From: Halorhodospira halophila SL1
GTDB taxonomy: Bacteria; Pseudomonadota; Gammaproteobacteria; Nitrococcales; Halorhodospiraceae
DNA length: 32,000 nucleotides
Reading direction: 5' to 3'
Assembly (NCBI RefSeq): GCF_000015585.1
Contig: NC_008789.1
Coordinates: forward strand, 120,001-152,000
Each line of letters begins with the position of its first letter. Within the stretch, counting starts at the first letter, position 1. Shown piece by piece: positions 24,979 to 32,000 of this stretch. The position numbers were made by a program, and so were the translations under genes. The notes beneath the pieces are model-generated. The model was not told the DNA's origin, ran no database searches, and saw only the letters and a program-made list of their open reading frames with translations.

Positions 24979-26181
24979 TCAGCAGGCATCGTCGCGCCGC
25001 AGCATCTGCTTGATGCCGCGAATCGCCTGGCGCGTGCGGTGTTCGTTCTCGATCAACGAGAAACGGACGTACTCATCACCGTAACTGCCGAAGCCGATCC
25101 CCGGAGAGACCGCCACCTTGGCATCGGCGAGCAGCTTCTTCGAGAACTCCAGCGATCCCATCTCCCGATACGCCTCGGGGATGCGCGCCCAGACGAACAT
25201 GGTCGCCTTCGGGCGCTCCACGGGCCATCCAGCCGCCTCAAGGCCATCGCAGAGGACATCGCGCCGGACCCGGTACATCTCCCGGATCTCGGCGACGCAG
25301 TCCTGCGGCCCCTCCAGCGCCAGGATGCCGGCGACCTGAATGGGCGTGAACATACCGTAATCAAGGTACGACTTCATCCGCGCCAGGGCCGCAATCAAGT
25401 CCGGGTTGCCGCAGACGAAGCCGATGCGCCAACCCGGCATGTTGTAGGTCTTGGACAGGGAGTAGCACTCCACCGCCACATCCTTGGCACCGGGGACCTG
25501 CAGGATCGAAGGCGCCTTATAGCCGTCGAAGACGATCTCGGCGTAGGCCAGATCCTGGACCACCCAGATGCCCTCCTTGCGCGCGATCTCCACAACCTTC
25601 TCGAAGAACTCCAGCTCGACGCATTGCGCCGTGGGGTTCGAGGGGAAGTTGAGGATGAGCATCTTGGGCTTGGGGTAGGTATCCCGGATCGCCTTCTGGA
25701 GCTCGACGAAGAAGTCCCCGCCCGGGATCATGGGCACGTGGCGGATGTCCGCCCCGGCGATCACGACACCGTAAGGGTGGATCGGATAGGCAGGGTTGGG
25801 AACCAGCACCGCATCCCCCGGCCCCAGGGTGGCCAGAGCCAGGTGGGCCAGCCCCTCCTTGGAGCCGATGGTGACGATGGCTTCGCTCTCCGGGTCGAGG
25901 TGCACATCGAAATTCTCGGCGTACCAGTTACTCACCGCACGACGCAGCCTCGGGATGCCCCGTGACATCGAGTATCGGTGCGTATCGGGTCGCTGGGCCG
26001 CCTCGCAGAGCTTGTCCACGATATGCTGGGGCGTGGGCTGGTCGGGATTACCCATCCCGAAATCCACGATATCCTCGCCCCGCTGACGCGCGGCAGCCTT
26101 GAGTTCATTGACGATGTTGAAGACGTACGGAGGCAGCCGCTTGATCCGAGGGAAGTCGGCTTTCGGCAGATCGGAGTCCAC
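24979..26181 (-). CDS. alaC: PLP-dependent aminotransferase, AlaC-type (alanine transaminase)
   Basis: It is near-collinear with E. coli AlaC as I recall it: [45 protein letters not shown] and [15 protein letters not shown] (PLP Lys). Start is GTG, with GAGG 8 nt upstream. Confidence 0.85.
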   Translation of the reverse strand: MDSDLPKADFPRIKRLPPYVFNIVNELKAAARQRGEDIVDFGMGNPDQPTPQHIVDKLCEAAQRPDTHRYSMSRGIPRLRRAVSNWYAENFDVHLDPESEAIVTIGSKEGLAHLALATLGPGDAVLVPNPAYPIHPYGVVIAGADIRHVPMIPGGDFFVELQKAIRDTYPKPKMLILNFPSNPTAQCVELEFFEKVVEIARKEGIWVVQDLAYAEIVFDGYKAPSILQVPGAKDVAVECYSLSKTYNMPGWRIGFVCGNPDLIAALARMKSYLDYGMFTPIQVAGILALEGPQDCVAEIREMYRVRRDVLCDGLEAAGWPVERPKATMFVWARIPEAYREMGSLEFSKKLLADAKVAVSPGIGFGSYGDEYVRFSLIENEHRTRQAIRGIKQMLRRDDAC

Positions 26182-26281
26182 GGGCGAACCTCAAGGAATT
26201 CAGTGTAGGGACCGGGGGCAATGAAGCCTGTGAACGTACTCACCCGGGGCAGAACTGTCAAACGAGAAGAGGCGTTAGCGC

Positions 26282-26653
26282 ATGAAACTTGCCCAAGATC
26301 AAGGCACAGCCCAGTACCGAATCCGCGCCTTCGAGCCGGGGTGGATTCGAATCAATCAGACGGACTACGAGACCAGCGTCCTCCTGACGCCCCACTCGCT
26401 GAGCACCGAGATCCGCGCGGAGCGCTTGAGCGAGCTGACGCTCGCCGATCTGCAGCCGGCCATTGACCTGGAGCCGGAGCTGATCCTGCTCGGTACCGGC
26501 GGCGAGCAGGCGTTCCCGGATCGCGCACTGATGCGCGCCCTGATCGGCTCGGGCATCGGCTTCGAGGCCATGGACACCCGCGCCGCCTGCCGGACTTTCA
26601 ACCTTCTCCTGGGCGAGGATCGCCCGGTGGCGGCGGTGCTGCTGCTGCGCTAG
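26282..26653 (+). CDS. Mth938-like (DUF498, NDUFAF3-like) domain protein
   Basis: 123 aa; ILLGTGGEQAFP and GIGFEAMDTRAACRTFNLLLGEDRPVAAVLLL match the family signature. Confidence 0.8.
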   Translation: MKLAQDQGTAQYRIRAFEPGWIRINQTDYETSVLLTPHSLSTEIRAERLSELTLADLQPAIDLEPELILLGTGGEQAFPDRALMRALIGSGIGFEAMDTRAACRTFNLLLGEDRPVAAVLLLR

Positions 26654-28508
26654 TCGACCCCGACTCCCCCGTTGCCGGCGCGCCAAACGCGTAGGTACTG
26701 CGCGTGCGATCCGCCTTGGCGACATACATGGCGTCATCGGCAACCCGCTGGAGTTCGTCGGCCGATACCCCATGCTCGGGATAGATGGCGATACCGATGC
26801 TGAGTGAGACCTGGAAGCGGCGTCCGTTGACGATCACCGGTTCGTCGAGACTGGCGACGATATTCTCGGCCACCCGCTCGGCAGCGCGCCGCCCATCGAC
26901 CCCCTCCAGCAGGATAACGAACTCGTCGCCACCGTGGCGGGCGACAGTGTCCACCTCGCGAACGGCTCCCGTGAGCCGCCTGGCCAACTGCTGAAGGACC
27001 CGGTCGCCGACCTCGTGGCCGTGCTCGTCGTTGATCGGCTTGAAGTGGTTGAGGTCGATGAACAGCAGCGCCACCGCCTCCCGATTCCGTCGCGCCCATT
27101 CCAGCGCCTTCTCCAGGCGATCGAGCAGCAGCGCCCGATTCGCCAGACCGGTCAGGTGATCGTGCAGCGCCATGTGGCGCATCTGTTCCTGGCTTCGCTC
27201 GGCCTCCGCCAGGGCCTGCATCCGCTCGGTGACGTTGTAGGCCAGCCACAGCACCGACGGGCGCGCCTCCAGCCCCGACGGCAGCGGATAGATTCGCGCC
27301 TCGAACCACTGGCAGCCGTGCGGCCCACCCTCGCCACCACCCTCGATCTGGTCCAGATCCAACTGGTAATCCAGGATGACCAGGCGACGCTCGTTGAGGG
27401 CCTGATGGATACTTTCAAGGAAACGCTCGGCCAGCTCAAAGCTGACGACCTGGTGGAGCCGCCGCCCGAGCAGGCTGCGAAGATCCCGATACAACCGCCG
27501 CTCCTGCCCGCCGAAGACCTCCCGGAACTGCCCGCGATCATCAATCACGAACCCCAGATCGGGGACGGTGGCCATGATCGCCTCCAGGCGGTCCTTGAGG
27601 AAACGCATCCGCAGGGCCTGGCGGGCGAGCAGACCGGTGAGAGCGGCGAGGATGAGACCCCCGCCGCCCCATGCCCACCACCACCAGGCCGGCACCGAGG
27701 CCTGCGCCTGCCACCCGCCCTGCGGAATGGCCGCCAGCTGCCAGCTCGACGCACCAAACACGATGCCCATGGTCACCGGATCTCGCTTGAAGACATCCGG
27801 CTCACCGAAGAACACCTCACCCATTTCGCCAAGGCCATCCCGGCCTTTCAGGGCCACTTGCAGGCCGGACTCCCCGACATCCCGAAGCCCGGCGGCGGTG
27901 TAGAAGCGCTCCAGCTCCAGCGGTACACTGGCCACCCCCCAGTAGCTGCCGTCATCCTCATAAATCGGCACGCGCACGATCAGGGCCTCCCCGTCTTGGA
28001 CCAACTCCGTGGGGCCTGCGACGACCGGTGCCCCGGTCGCCATGACCCGGTGGAGGCTGGCCCTTTGGACCGGATGCTCACCGATGTCCAGCCCCAGGGC
28101 ACGAACGTTGCCGGCCAGCGGATAGACGTAGCGAATGACGTTGTTCGGCGCGAGTGTGATATTGCGGATGTGGAACTCGGGACGCATCATGCGCCGGGCA
28201 ATGGCCGCGAAACGCTCGCCGTCCAGGTCGGGATCCGCCCCGACCAGCACACTCAGCCCGGCCACCAGCGAGACCGACGCGTTCAGCTCGCCCTCGATCC
28301 GGCCCCGCAGGGCCGAGGCCTCTTCGGTCACTTGCCCGCGCGCCTGCTCCAGCCGGTACTCCTCGAGCCAATGCCCCACCAGACCGGCCAAGATCAGGAC
28401 GCCGAGGAGGATCCCGACGGCGAGCAGCAACGGCCCAGCGATGTACAGGCGCTGAAACGCCGATGGTGCACGCCGTGCCGTCTGTGGATCCTCCGCCGGC
28501 TCCGTCAC
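26598..28508 (-). CDS. Membrane sensor diguanylate cyclase (periplasmic CHASE-like domain, PAS-like domain, GGDEF)
   Basis: Two TM segments flank a periplasmic domain of about 250 aa (NITLAPNNVIRYVYPLAGNVRALGLDIGEHPVQR...VAGPTELVQDGEALIVRVPIY). A PAS-like region follows. The GGDEF domain has an intact RHGGDEF and an RxxD I-site (REVD) 5 residues upstream. The GTG start overlaps the mazG stop (GTGA). The 3' end overlaps the Mth938-like gene by 56 nt. Confidence 0.9.
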   Translation of the reverse strand: MTEPAEDPQTARRAPSAFQRLYIAGPLLLAVGILLGVLILAGLVGHWLEEYRLEQARGQVTEEASALRGRIEGELNASVSLVAGLSVLVGADPDLDGERFAAIARRMMRPEFHIRNITLAPNNVIRYVYPLAGNVRALGLDIGEHPVQRASLHRVMATGAPVVAGPTELVQDGEALIVRVPIYEDDGSYWGVASVPLELERFYTAAGLRDVGESGLQVALKGRDGLGEMGEVFFGEPDVFKRDPVTMGIVFGASSWQLAAIPQGGWQAQASVPAWWWWAWGGGGLILAALTGLLARQALRMRFLKDRLEAIMATVPDLGFVIDDRGQFREVFGGQERRLYRDLRSLLGRRLHQVVSFELAERFLESIHQALNERRLVILDYQLDLDQIEGGGEGGPHGCQWFEARIYPLPSGLEARPSVLWLAYNVTERMQALAEAERSQEQMRHMALHDHLTGLANRALLLDRLEKALEWARRNREAVALLFIDLNHFKPINDEHGHEVGDRVLQQLARRLTGAVREVDTVARHGGDEFVILLEGVDGRRAAERVAENIVASLDEPVIVNGRRFQVSLSIGIAIYPEHGVSADELQRVADDAMYVAKADRTRSTYAFGAPATGESGSTSAAAAPPPPGDPRPGEG

Positions 28509-29290
28509 GCCCCTCCTGCCCTCCGCTTGGCACGCTGCCAGGCCGCCTCCAAGGCGTCGATCGACTGCTCCCCTAGGGGTTCACCGCGGGCCTCGAACTC
28601 CGCCTCCACGCCCCGAAAGCGCCCTTCGAAGCGCTGCCCGGCACGCCGCAGAGCGGTCTCCGGATCCACGTCCAGATGGCGAGCGAGATTCACCACGGCA
28701 AACAGCAAATCTCCCACCTCCGCCTCGCGACGTTCGGCGGGACCGTGGACCTCGGCCTCGACCTCCTGAAGCTCCTCGCGAACCTTGGCGGCAGCCCCCC
28801 GATGGTCCGGCCAGTCAAACCCCACCCGGGCCGCCCGACGCTGGAGCTTGCTGGCTCGAACCAGGGCAGGCAGCGCCGTGGCAACGCCGTCGAGGGCGCT
28901 GTGGCCCCCGCCCCGGTGCCGACGCTCCTGCTCCTTAATCGCCTCCCAATGATGGGTCACGGATTCGGCTTCAGCCACCTGCGACGTGCCAAAGACATGG
29001 GGGTGGCGGCGGATGAGCTTCGCCTCGAGGGTCTCGGCCACCGACTGGAAATCGAAGTAACCGTCCTCCTCGCCCATGCGGGCGTGAAAGATGACCTGCA
29101 GCAACAGATCCCCCAACTCATCGCGCAGCGCCTCCATATCCCTGCGCTCGATGGCATCCGCCACTTCGTAAGCCTCTTCGACCGTATGCGGCGCAATGGA
29201 GTAAAAATCCTGCTCGACATCCCAGGGGCACCCCTGCCGGGGGTCACGCAGGCGCTCCATAATCTGCAGCAGACGGTCAACGGCTTGCAC
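28505..29290 (-). CDS. mazG: Nucleoside triphosphate pyrophosphohydrolase MazG
   Basis: Tandem MazG domains: LRDPRQGCPWDVEQDFYSIAPHTVEEAYEVADAIE...ELGDLLLQVIFHARM and ELQEVEAEV...EVGDLLFAVVNLARHLDVDPE. The GTG start is preceded by GGGAGGAG. Confidence 0.93.
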   Translation of the reverse strand: MQAVDRLLQIMERLRDPRQGCPWDVEQDFYSIAPHTVEEAYEVADAIERRDMEALRDELGDLLLQVIFHARMGEEDGYFDFQSVAETLEAKLIRRHPHVFGTSQVAEAESVTHHWEAIKEQERRHRGGGHSALDGVATALPALVRASKLQRRAARVGFDWPDHRGAAAKVREELQEVEAEVHGPAERREAEVGDLLFAVVNLARHLDVDPETALRRAGQRFEGRFRGVEAEFEARGEPLGEQSIDALEAAWQRAKRRAGGA

Positions 29291-29320
29291 GGGGAACTCC
29301 TCCCTTGTCTTCGTTGCGGT

Positions 29321-29353
29321 TTGACAGGTTTCAATCGGTCAACTTAGTTTAAG
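29321..29353 (+). promoter_or_regulatory. Candidate promoter/operator cluster in the mazG-tetR divergent spacer
   Basis: A perfect -35 hexamer TTGACA (29321..29326) is followed by a weak -10 (TAGTTT at 29345..29350, 18-nt spacer). Overlapping short palindromes are present: TTGAC-N12-GTCAA (29321..29342), AACTTAGTT (29341..29349) and CTTAgttTAAG (29343..29353). Confidence 0.25.
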
Positions 29354-29376
29354 CAGGCTAACCAGCCAATTGCGGA

Positions 29377-30015
29377 ATGGCCATGGAGAAGACCAGACCC
29401 GGTTTGACCCAGGGGGTGGGGCCGGCCACGGAGCGCGGGGAGCGGACGCGCCGTAAACTGCTCGCCGCCGCCGAGGTGGAATTCGGCGAGAAAGGGTTCC
29501 ACACCGCATCGATCAGCAGCATCACCCAGCGCGCCGGTGTGGCCCAAGGTACGTTTTACCTCTACTACCGCTCCAAGGAGGAGATCTTCCGCGCCCTGGT
29601 CGAGCACATGAACCGAACCATGCGCCGCTACCTCAGCGAGGCCATTGAGGACGCGGCCAACCGGGCCGAGGCCGAGCGCATCGGCCTGGAGGCGTTTCTA
29701 CGCTTCTGCCGGGAACACGAAAACCTCTACCGGATCGTGATGGAGTCGCAGTTCGTCGATCCGGAGGCCCACCGCTGGTATTTCCAGACCCTGGCGGGCG
29801 GCTACGCCGAGCGACTCAAGGCCGCGCAGGCCCGTGGCGAAGTTCGCAACGGCGACCCGTACACCCAAGCCCTAGCTCTGATCGGCATGGCATTCTTCAT
29901 GGGTAAGCGCCACCTGATCTGGAGCCAGGACTGTGTCCCCGAGGCCGACGCCCTGGCGGCAGCCTCTGAGATCATCCAGCACGGCATCACCCCGGACACT
30001 GGCAAGCCGCGGTAG
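29377..30015 (+). CDS. TetR/AcrR-family transcriptional regulator
   Basis: The N-terminal HTH is RRKLLAAAEVEFGEKGFHTASISSITQRAGVAQGTFYLYYRSKEEIF. Length is 212 aa. Confidence 0.9.
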   Translation: MAMEKTRPGLTQGVGPATERGERTRRKLLAAAEVEFGEKGFHTASISSITQRAGVAQGTFYLYYRSKEEIFRALVEHMNRTMRRYLSEAIEDAANRAEAERIGLEAFLRFCREHENLYRIVMESQFVDPEAHRWYFQTLAGGYAERLKAAQARGEVRNGDPYTQALALIGMAFFMGKRHLIWSQDCVPEADALAAASEIIQHGITPDTGKPR

Positions 30016-30016
30016 C

Positions 30017-30050
30017 AAGCCCTGGCGAGCCGCACACACCGCGCCGGCTT
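30017..30050. terminator. Weak bulged hairpin between convergent tetR-family gene and GST gene
   Basis: AAGCC-(CT)-GGCG (30017..30027) pairs with CGCC-GGCTT (30042..30050), with a loop of about 14 nt. The right arm runs into the GST stop codon. Confidence 0.25.
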
Positions 30051-30675
30051 ACTCCTGCTTGAGCACCGCCATTCCCCGCTCCACCGCTGGCCGCTCAGCG
30101 ATCTCGTCCGACCAACGCAGCACGTTGGGGAAGTCGCCCATGCGCTGCCCCAGGCGCTCGGCGACCTGCACCCACGGGTAGGTCGCCATATCGGCGATGG
30201 TGTATGCCGCCCCGCCCAGGTAGGGAACCTCGCCCAGGCGATGATCCAGCACCTTAAGCAGCCGCTCGGTCTCCCGGGTGTAGCGCTCGATACCGTACTC
30301 CACCCGCTCCGGGGCCTGATTGCGGAAGTGGCCCGCCTGACCGAACATCGGACCGATCCCGCCCATCTGGAACATCAGCCACTCGATGGTGCGCATCCGC
30401 GGCACCGGATCGGACGGCAGGAACTGCCCGGTCTTTTCGGCCAGATAGATCAGGATCGCGCCGGACTCGAACAGTGAGAACGGCTCTGCGTCGGGCCCAC
30501 TGCTATCGACAATGGCCGGTATGCGGCCATTGGGGCTGATGCGCTGGAACTGCTCGGCGAACTGCTCGCCCTTGCCGATGTTCACCCCGTGGACCCGATA
30601 CGCCAGCCCCATCTCCTCGAGGGCGATGTGGACCTTCTGCCCGTTGGGCGTCGGCCAGCTATAAAGTTCGATCAT
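30049..30675 (-). CDS. Glutathione S-transferase family protein (Nu-class, YfcG/YghU-like)
   Basis: [24 protein letters not shown]...[12 protein letters not shown]. The ATG at 30675 is preceded by GGGAGG. The 58 upstream codons of track ORF 30049..30849 are discarded. Confidence 0.88.
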   Translation of the reverse strand: MIELYSWPTPNGQKVHIALEEMGLAYRVHGVNIGKGEQFAEQFQRISPNGRIPAIVDSSGPDAEPFSLFESGAILIYLAEKTGQFLPSDPVPRMRTIEWLMFQMGGIGPMFGQAGHFRNQAPERVEYGIERYTRETERLLKVLDHRLGEVPYLGGAAYTIADMATYPWVQVAERLGQRMGDFPNVLRWSDEIAERPAVERGMAVLKQE

Positions 30676-30783
30676 TGTGCCTCCCTGATTGAAAATGCCT
30701 CGCCGGAGGCCGCCGAGGCCTGGCGATATCCTAGAAGACGAATGTTTTCCGGGTCGACGTCGGATTCCGCTACAATAGCGACC

Positions 30784-32000
30784 ATGGATGCAGAAACCCG
30801 TCCCATTGAAGCCGAGCCGTCGCCCCGGCGCCACAGCCGAACAGTCCACATCGGTGGCCTGCGTATGGGCGGCGACGCCCCGATCGTGGTCCAGTCGATG
30901 ACCGACACCGACACCGCCGACGAGGTGGCCACTGCGGTCCAGGCCGCGGATCTGGCTCGCGCCGGATCCGAACTGGTCCGGGTGACCATCAACAACGAGG
31001 AAGCCGCGGCGGCCGTGCCGCGCATCCGCGAGCGGCTAGCCCGGATGGGGGTCGAGGTGCCCATCGTCGGCGACTTCCACTTCAACGGCCACAAGCTGCT
31101 GCGTCGCCACCCCGAGTGCGCCGAGGCCCTCGCCAAGATGCGCATCAACCCGGGCAACGTCGGCAAGGGCAGCCGGCGCGATCCGCAGTTCGCGGAGATG
31201 ATCGAGATCGCCTGCACCTACGACCTTCCGGTACGCATTGGCGTCAACTGGGGAAGCCTGGACGACAGCGTGCTCACCCGGCTGATGGACGCCAACGCCG
31301 CACGCCAGCAGCCGCTGCCGCCGGAGACCGTCATGCGCGACGCGGTGGTCACCTCGGCGGTGGAGAGTGCGCAGCGCGCCGAGGAACTCGGGTTGCCGGG
31401 TGATCGCATCGTGCTCTCCTGCAAGATGAGCGGCGTCCAGGATCTGGTGGCGGTCTATCGCGACCTGGCCCGCCGCTGTGACTACCCCCTGCACCTGGGC
31501 CTGACCGAGGCCGGCATGGGGGTCCCTGGTGTGGTCGCCTCCTCCGCGGCCCTGGCCATCCTGTTGCAGGAGGGGATCGGCGACACCATCCGGGTCTCGC
31601 TCACACCGGATCCCGGCGGAGCCCGCACCCGGGAGGTCGAGGTTGCCCAGCAGGTCCTGCAGAGCATGGGCCTGCGCGATTTCACCCCGCGGGTCACCGC
31701 CTGCCCGGGCTGCGGGCGCACCTCCAGCGACTTCTTCCAGCACCTGGCCGAGCACATCCGCAACCATATCGACAAGCGCATGCCGGAATGGCGCGAGCGC
31801 TACCCCGGCGTCGAGGGGCTGCGGATCGCCGTCATGGGGTGCGTAGTCAACGGCCCCGGCGAGAGCCGCCACGCCGATATCGGCATCAGCCTGCCCGGCG
31901 CCGGTGAGCAGCCCTCGGCACCGGTGTTCATCGACGGCGAGCGCTCGGTCACCCTCAAGGGCGATCAGATCGCCGAAGAGTTCGAGCAGATCGTCGAGTC
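30784..32000 (+). CDS. ispG: 4-hydroxy-3-methylbut-2-en-1-yl diphosphate synthase (flavodoxin), 3'-truncated by the window end
   Basis: This gene is not in the ORF track because there is no stop before the window end. My translation from the ATG at 30784 is [46 protein letters not shown]...VRVTINNEE...[12 protein letters not shown]...RINPGNVG...[10 protein letters not shown]...[12 protein letters not shown]...[13 protein letters not shown]. This shows the classic IspG blocks and the three Fe-S Cys ligands. An alternative in-frame ATG lies at 30742. Confidence 0.92.
   Translation, partial: MDAETRPIEAEPSPRRHSRTVHIGGLRMGGDAPIVVQSMTDTDTADEVATAVQAADLARAGSELVRVTINNEEAAAAVPRIRERLARMGVEVPIVGDFHFNGHKLLRRHPECAEALAKMRINPGNVGKGSRRDPQFAEMIEIACTYDLPVRIGVNWGSLDDSVLTRLMDANAARQQPLPPETVMRDAVVTSAVESAQRAEELGLPGDRIVLSCKMSGVQDLVAVYRDLARRCDYPLHLGLTEAGMGVPGVVASSAALAILLQEGIGDTIRVSLTPDPGGARTREVEVAQQVLQSMGLRDFTPRVTACPGCGRTSSDFFQHLAEHIRNHIDKRMPEWRERYPGVEGLRIAVMGCVVNGPGESRHADIGISLPGAGEQPSAPVFIDGERSVTLKGDQIAEEFEQIVE

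Noticed and set aside
24595-25965. 456-aa ORF antisense to hom/alaC
   Set aside because: A shadow ORF across two conserved genes and their 51-nt spacer, with no recognisable domain.
26934-28769. 611-aa ORF antisense to the diguanylate cyclase and mazG
   Set aside because: A shadow ORF; the opposite strand carries clear GGDEF, PAS and MazG motifs.
30676-30849. 58-codon N-terminal extension of the GST ORF (GTG at 30849)
   Set aside because: It would overlap the ispG start region. GST homology starts at [12 protein letters not shown], with GGGAGG just upstream of the ATG at 30675.
31036-31872. 278-aa minus-strand ORF, the only long track ORF in the last kilobase
   Set aside because: The plus strand here encodes an unmistakable IspG, which is absent from the track only because it has no stop inside the window. 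The minus-strand ORF is its shadow.
1-32000. Mobile element, prophage, CRISPR array or defence island
   Set aside because: There are no transposase, integrase or phage motifs, no direct-repeat/spacer periodicity, no flanking tRNA, and no abrupt compositional change beyond short promoter-sized A/T-richer spacers. Gene content is housekeeping, with operon-style coupling throughout.

Overview
GC-rich, densely packed bacterial chromosomal segment (third codon positions are mostly G/C). It reads as gammaproteobacterial-type core genome. Many products are conspicuously acidic, which would fit a halophile, but that is inference only. I support 30 protein-coding genes. Left to right they are: an ExeA-like AAA ATPase fused to a SPOR domain, a FliK-like protein, a short FlhB-C-terminal-like protein, a DUF2802-like protein, cysS, gltX, lpxH, dusA, a glutaredoxin-like protein, a YafK-type L,D-transpeptidase, an Lpp/OprI-like lipoprotein, a LysM-type L,D-transpeptidase, a CoA pyrophosphatase (NudL-type), lipA, a ChaN-like/PDZ fusion, cytochrome c5, an alpha/beta hydrolase, pepN, prc, recJ, a conserved hypothetical (RpfE-like), thrC, hom, alaC, an Mth938-like protein, a sensor diguanylate cyclase, mazG, a TetR regulator, a Nu-class GST, and a 3'-truncated ispG. 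The ORF track omits ispG because it runs off the window end; I translated it by hand. I recognised no rRNA, tRNA, CRISPR array, transposase, integrase, phage gene or obvious defence island. Most long extra ORFs in the track are antisense or out-of-frame shadow ORFs, as expected in high-GC DNA. Overall the window looks ordinary and housekeeping, and I found no compelling evidence for a wholly new system. The observations most worth a second look are: (1) a compact locus holding a Braun-type lipoprotein with a C-terminal Lys together with both a putative attaching and a putative detaching L,D-transpeptidase; (2) an orphan flagellar-like set (FliK-like, truncated FlhB-like, DUF2802) next to an ExeA-SPOR protein and wired into a gltX-cysS operon; (3) mazG translationally coupled to a sensor diguanylate cyclase, divergent from a TetR gene; (4) an uncharacterised RpfE-like gene start/stop-overlapped between thrC and recJ; (5) a ChaN-like/PDZ fusion; (6) candidate leaderless starts for gltX and ispG. 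All family assignments rest on motif recognition from the translations, not on database searches.
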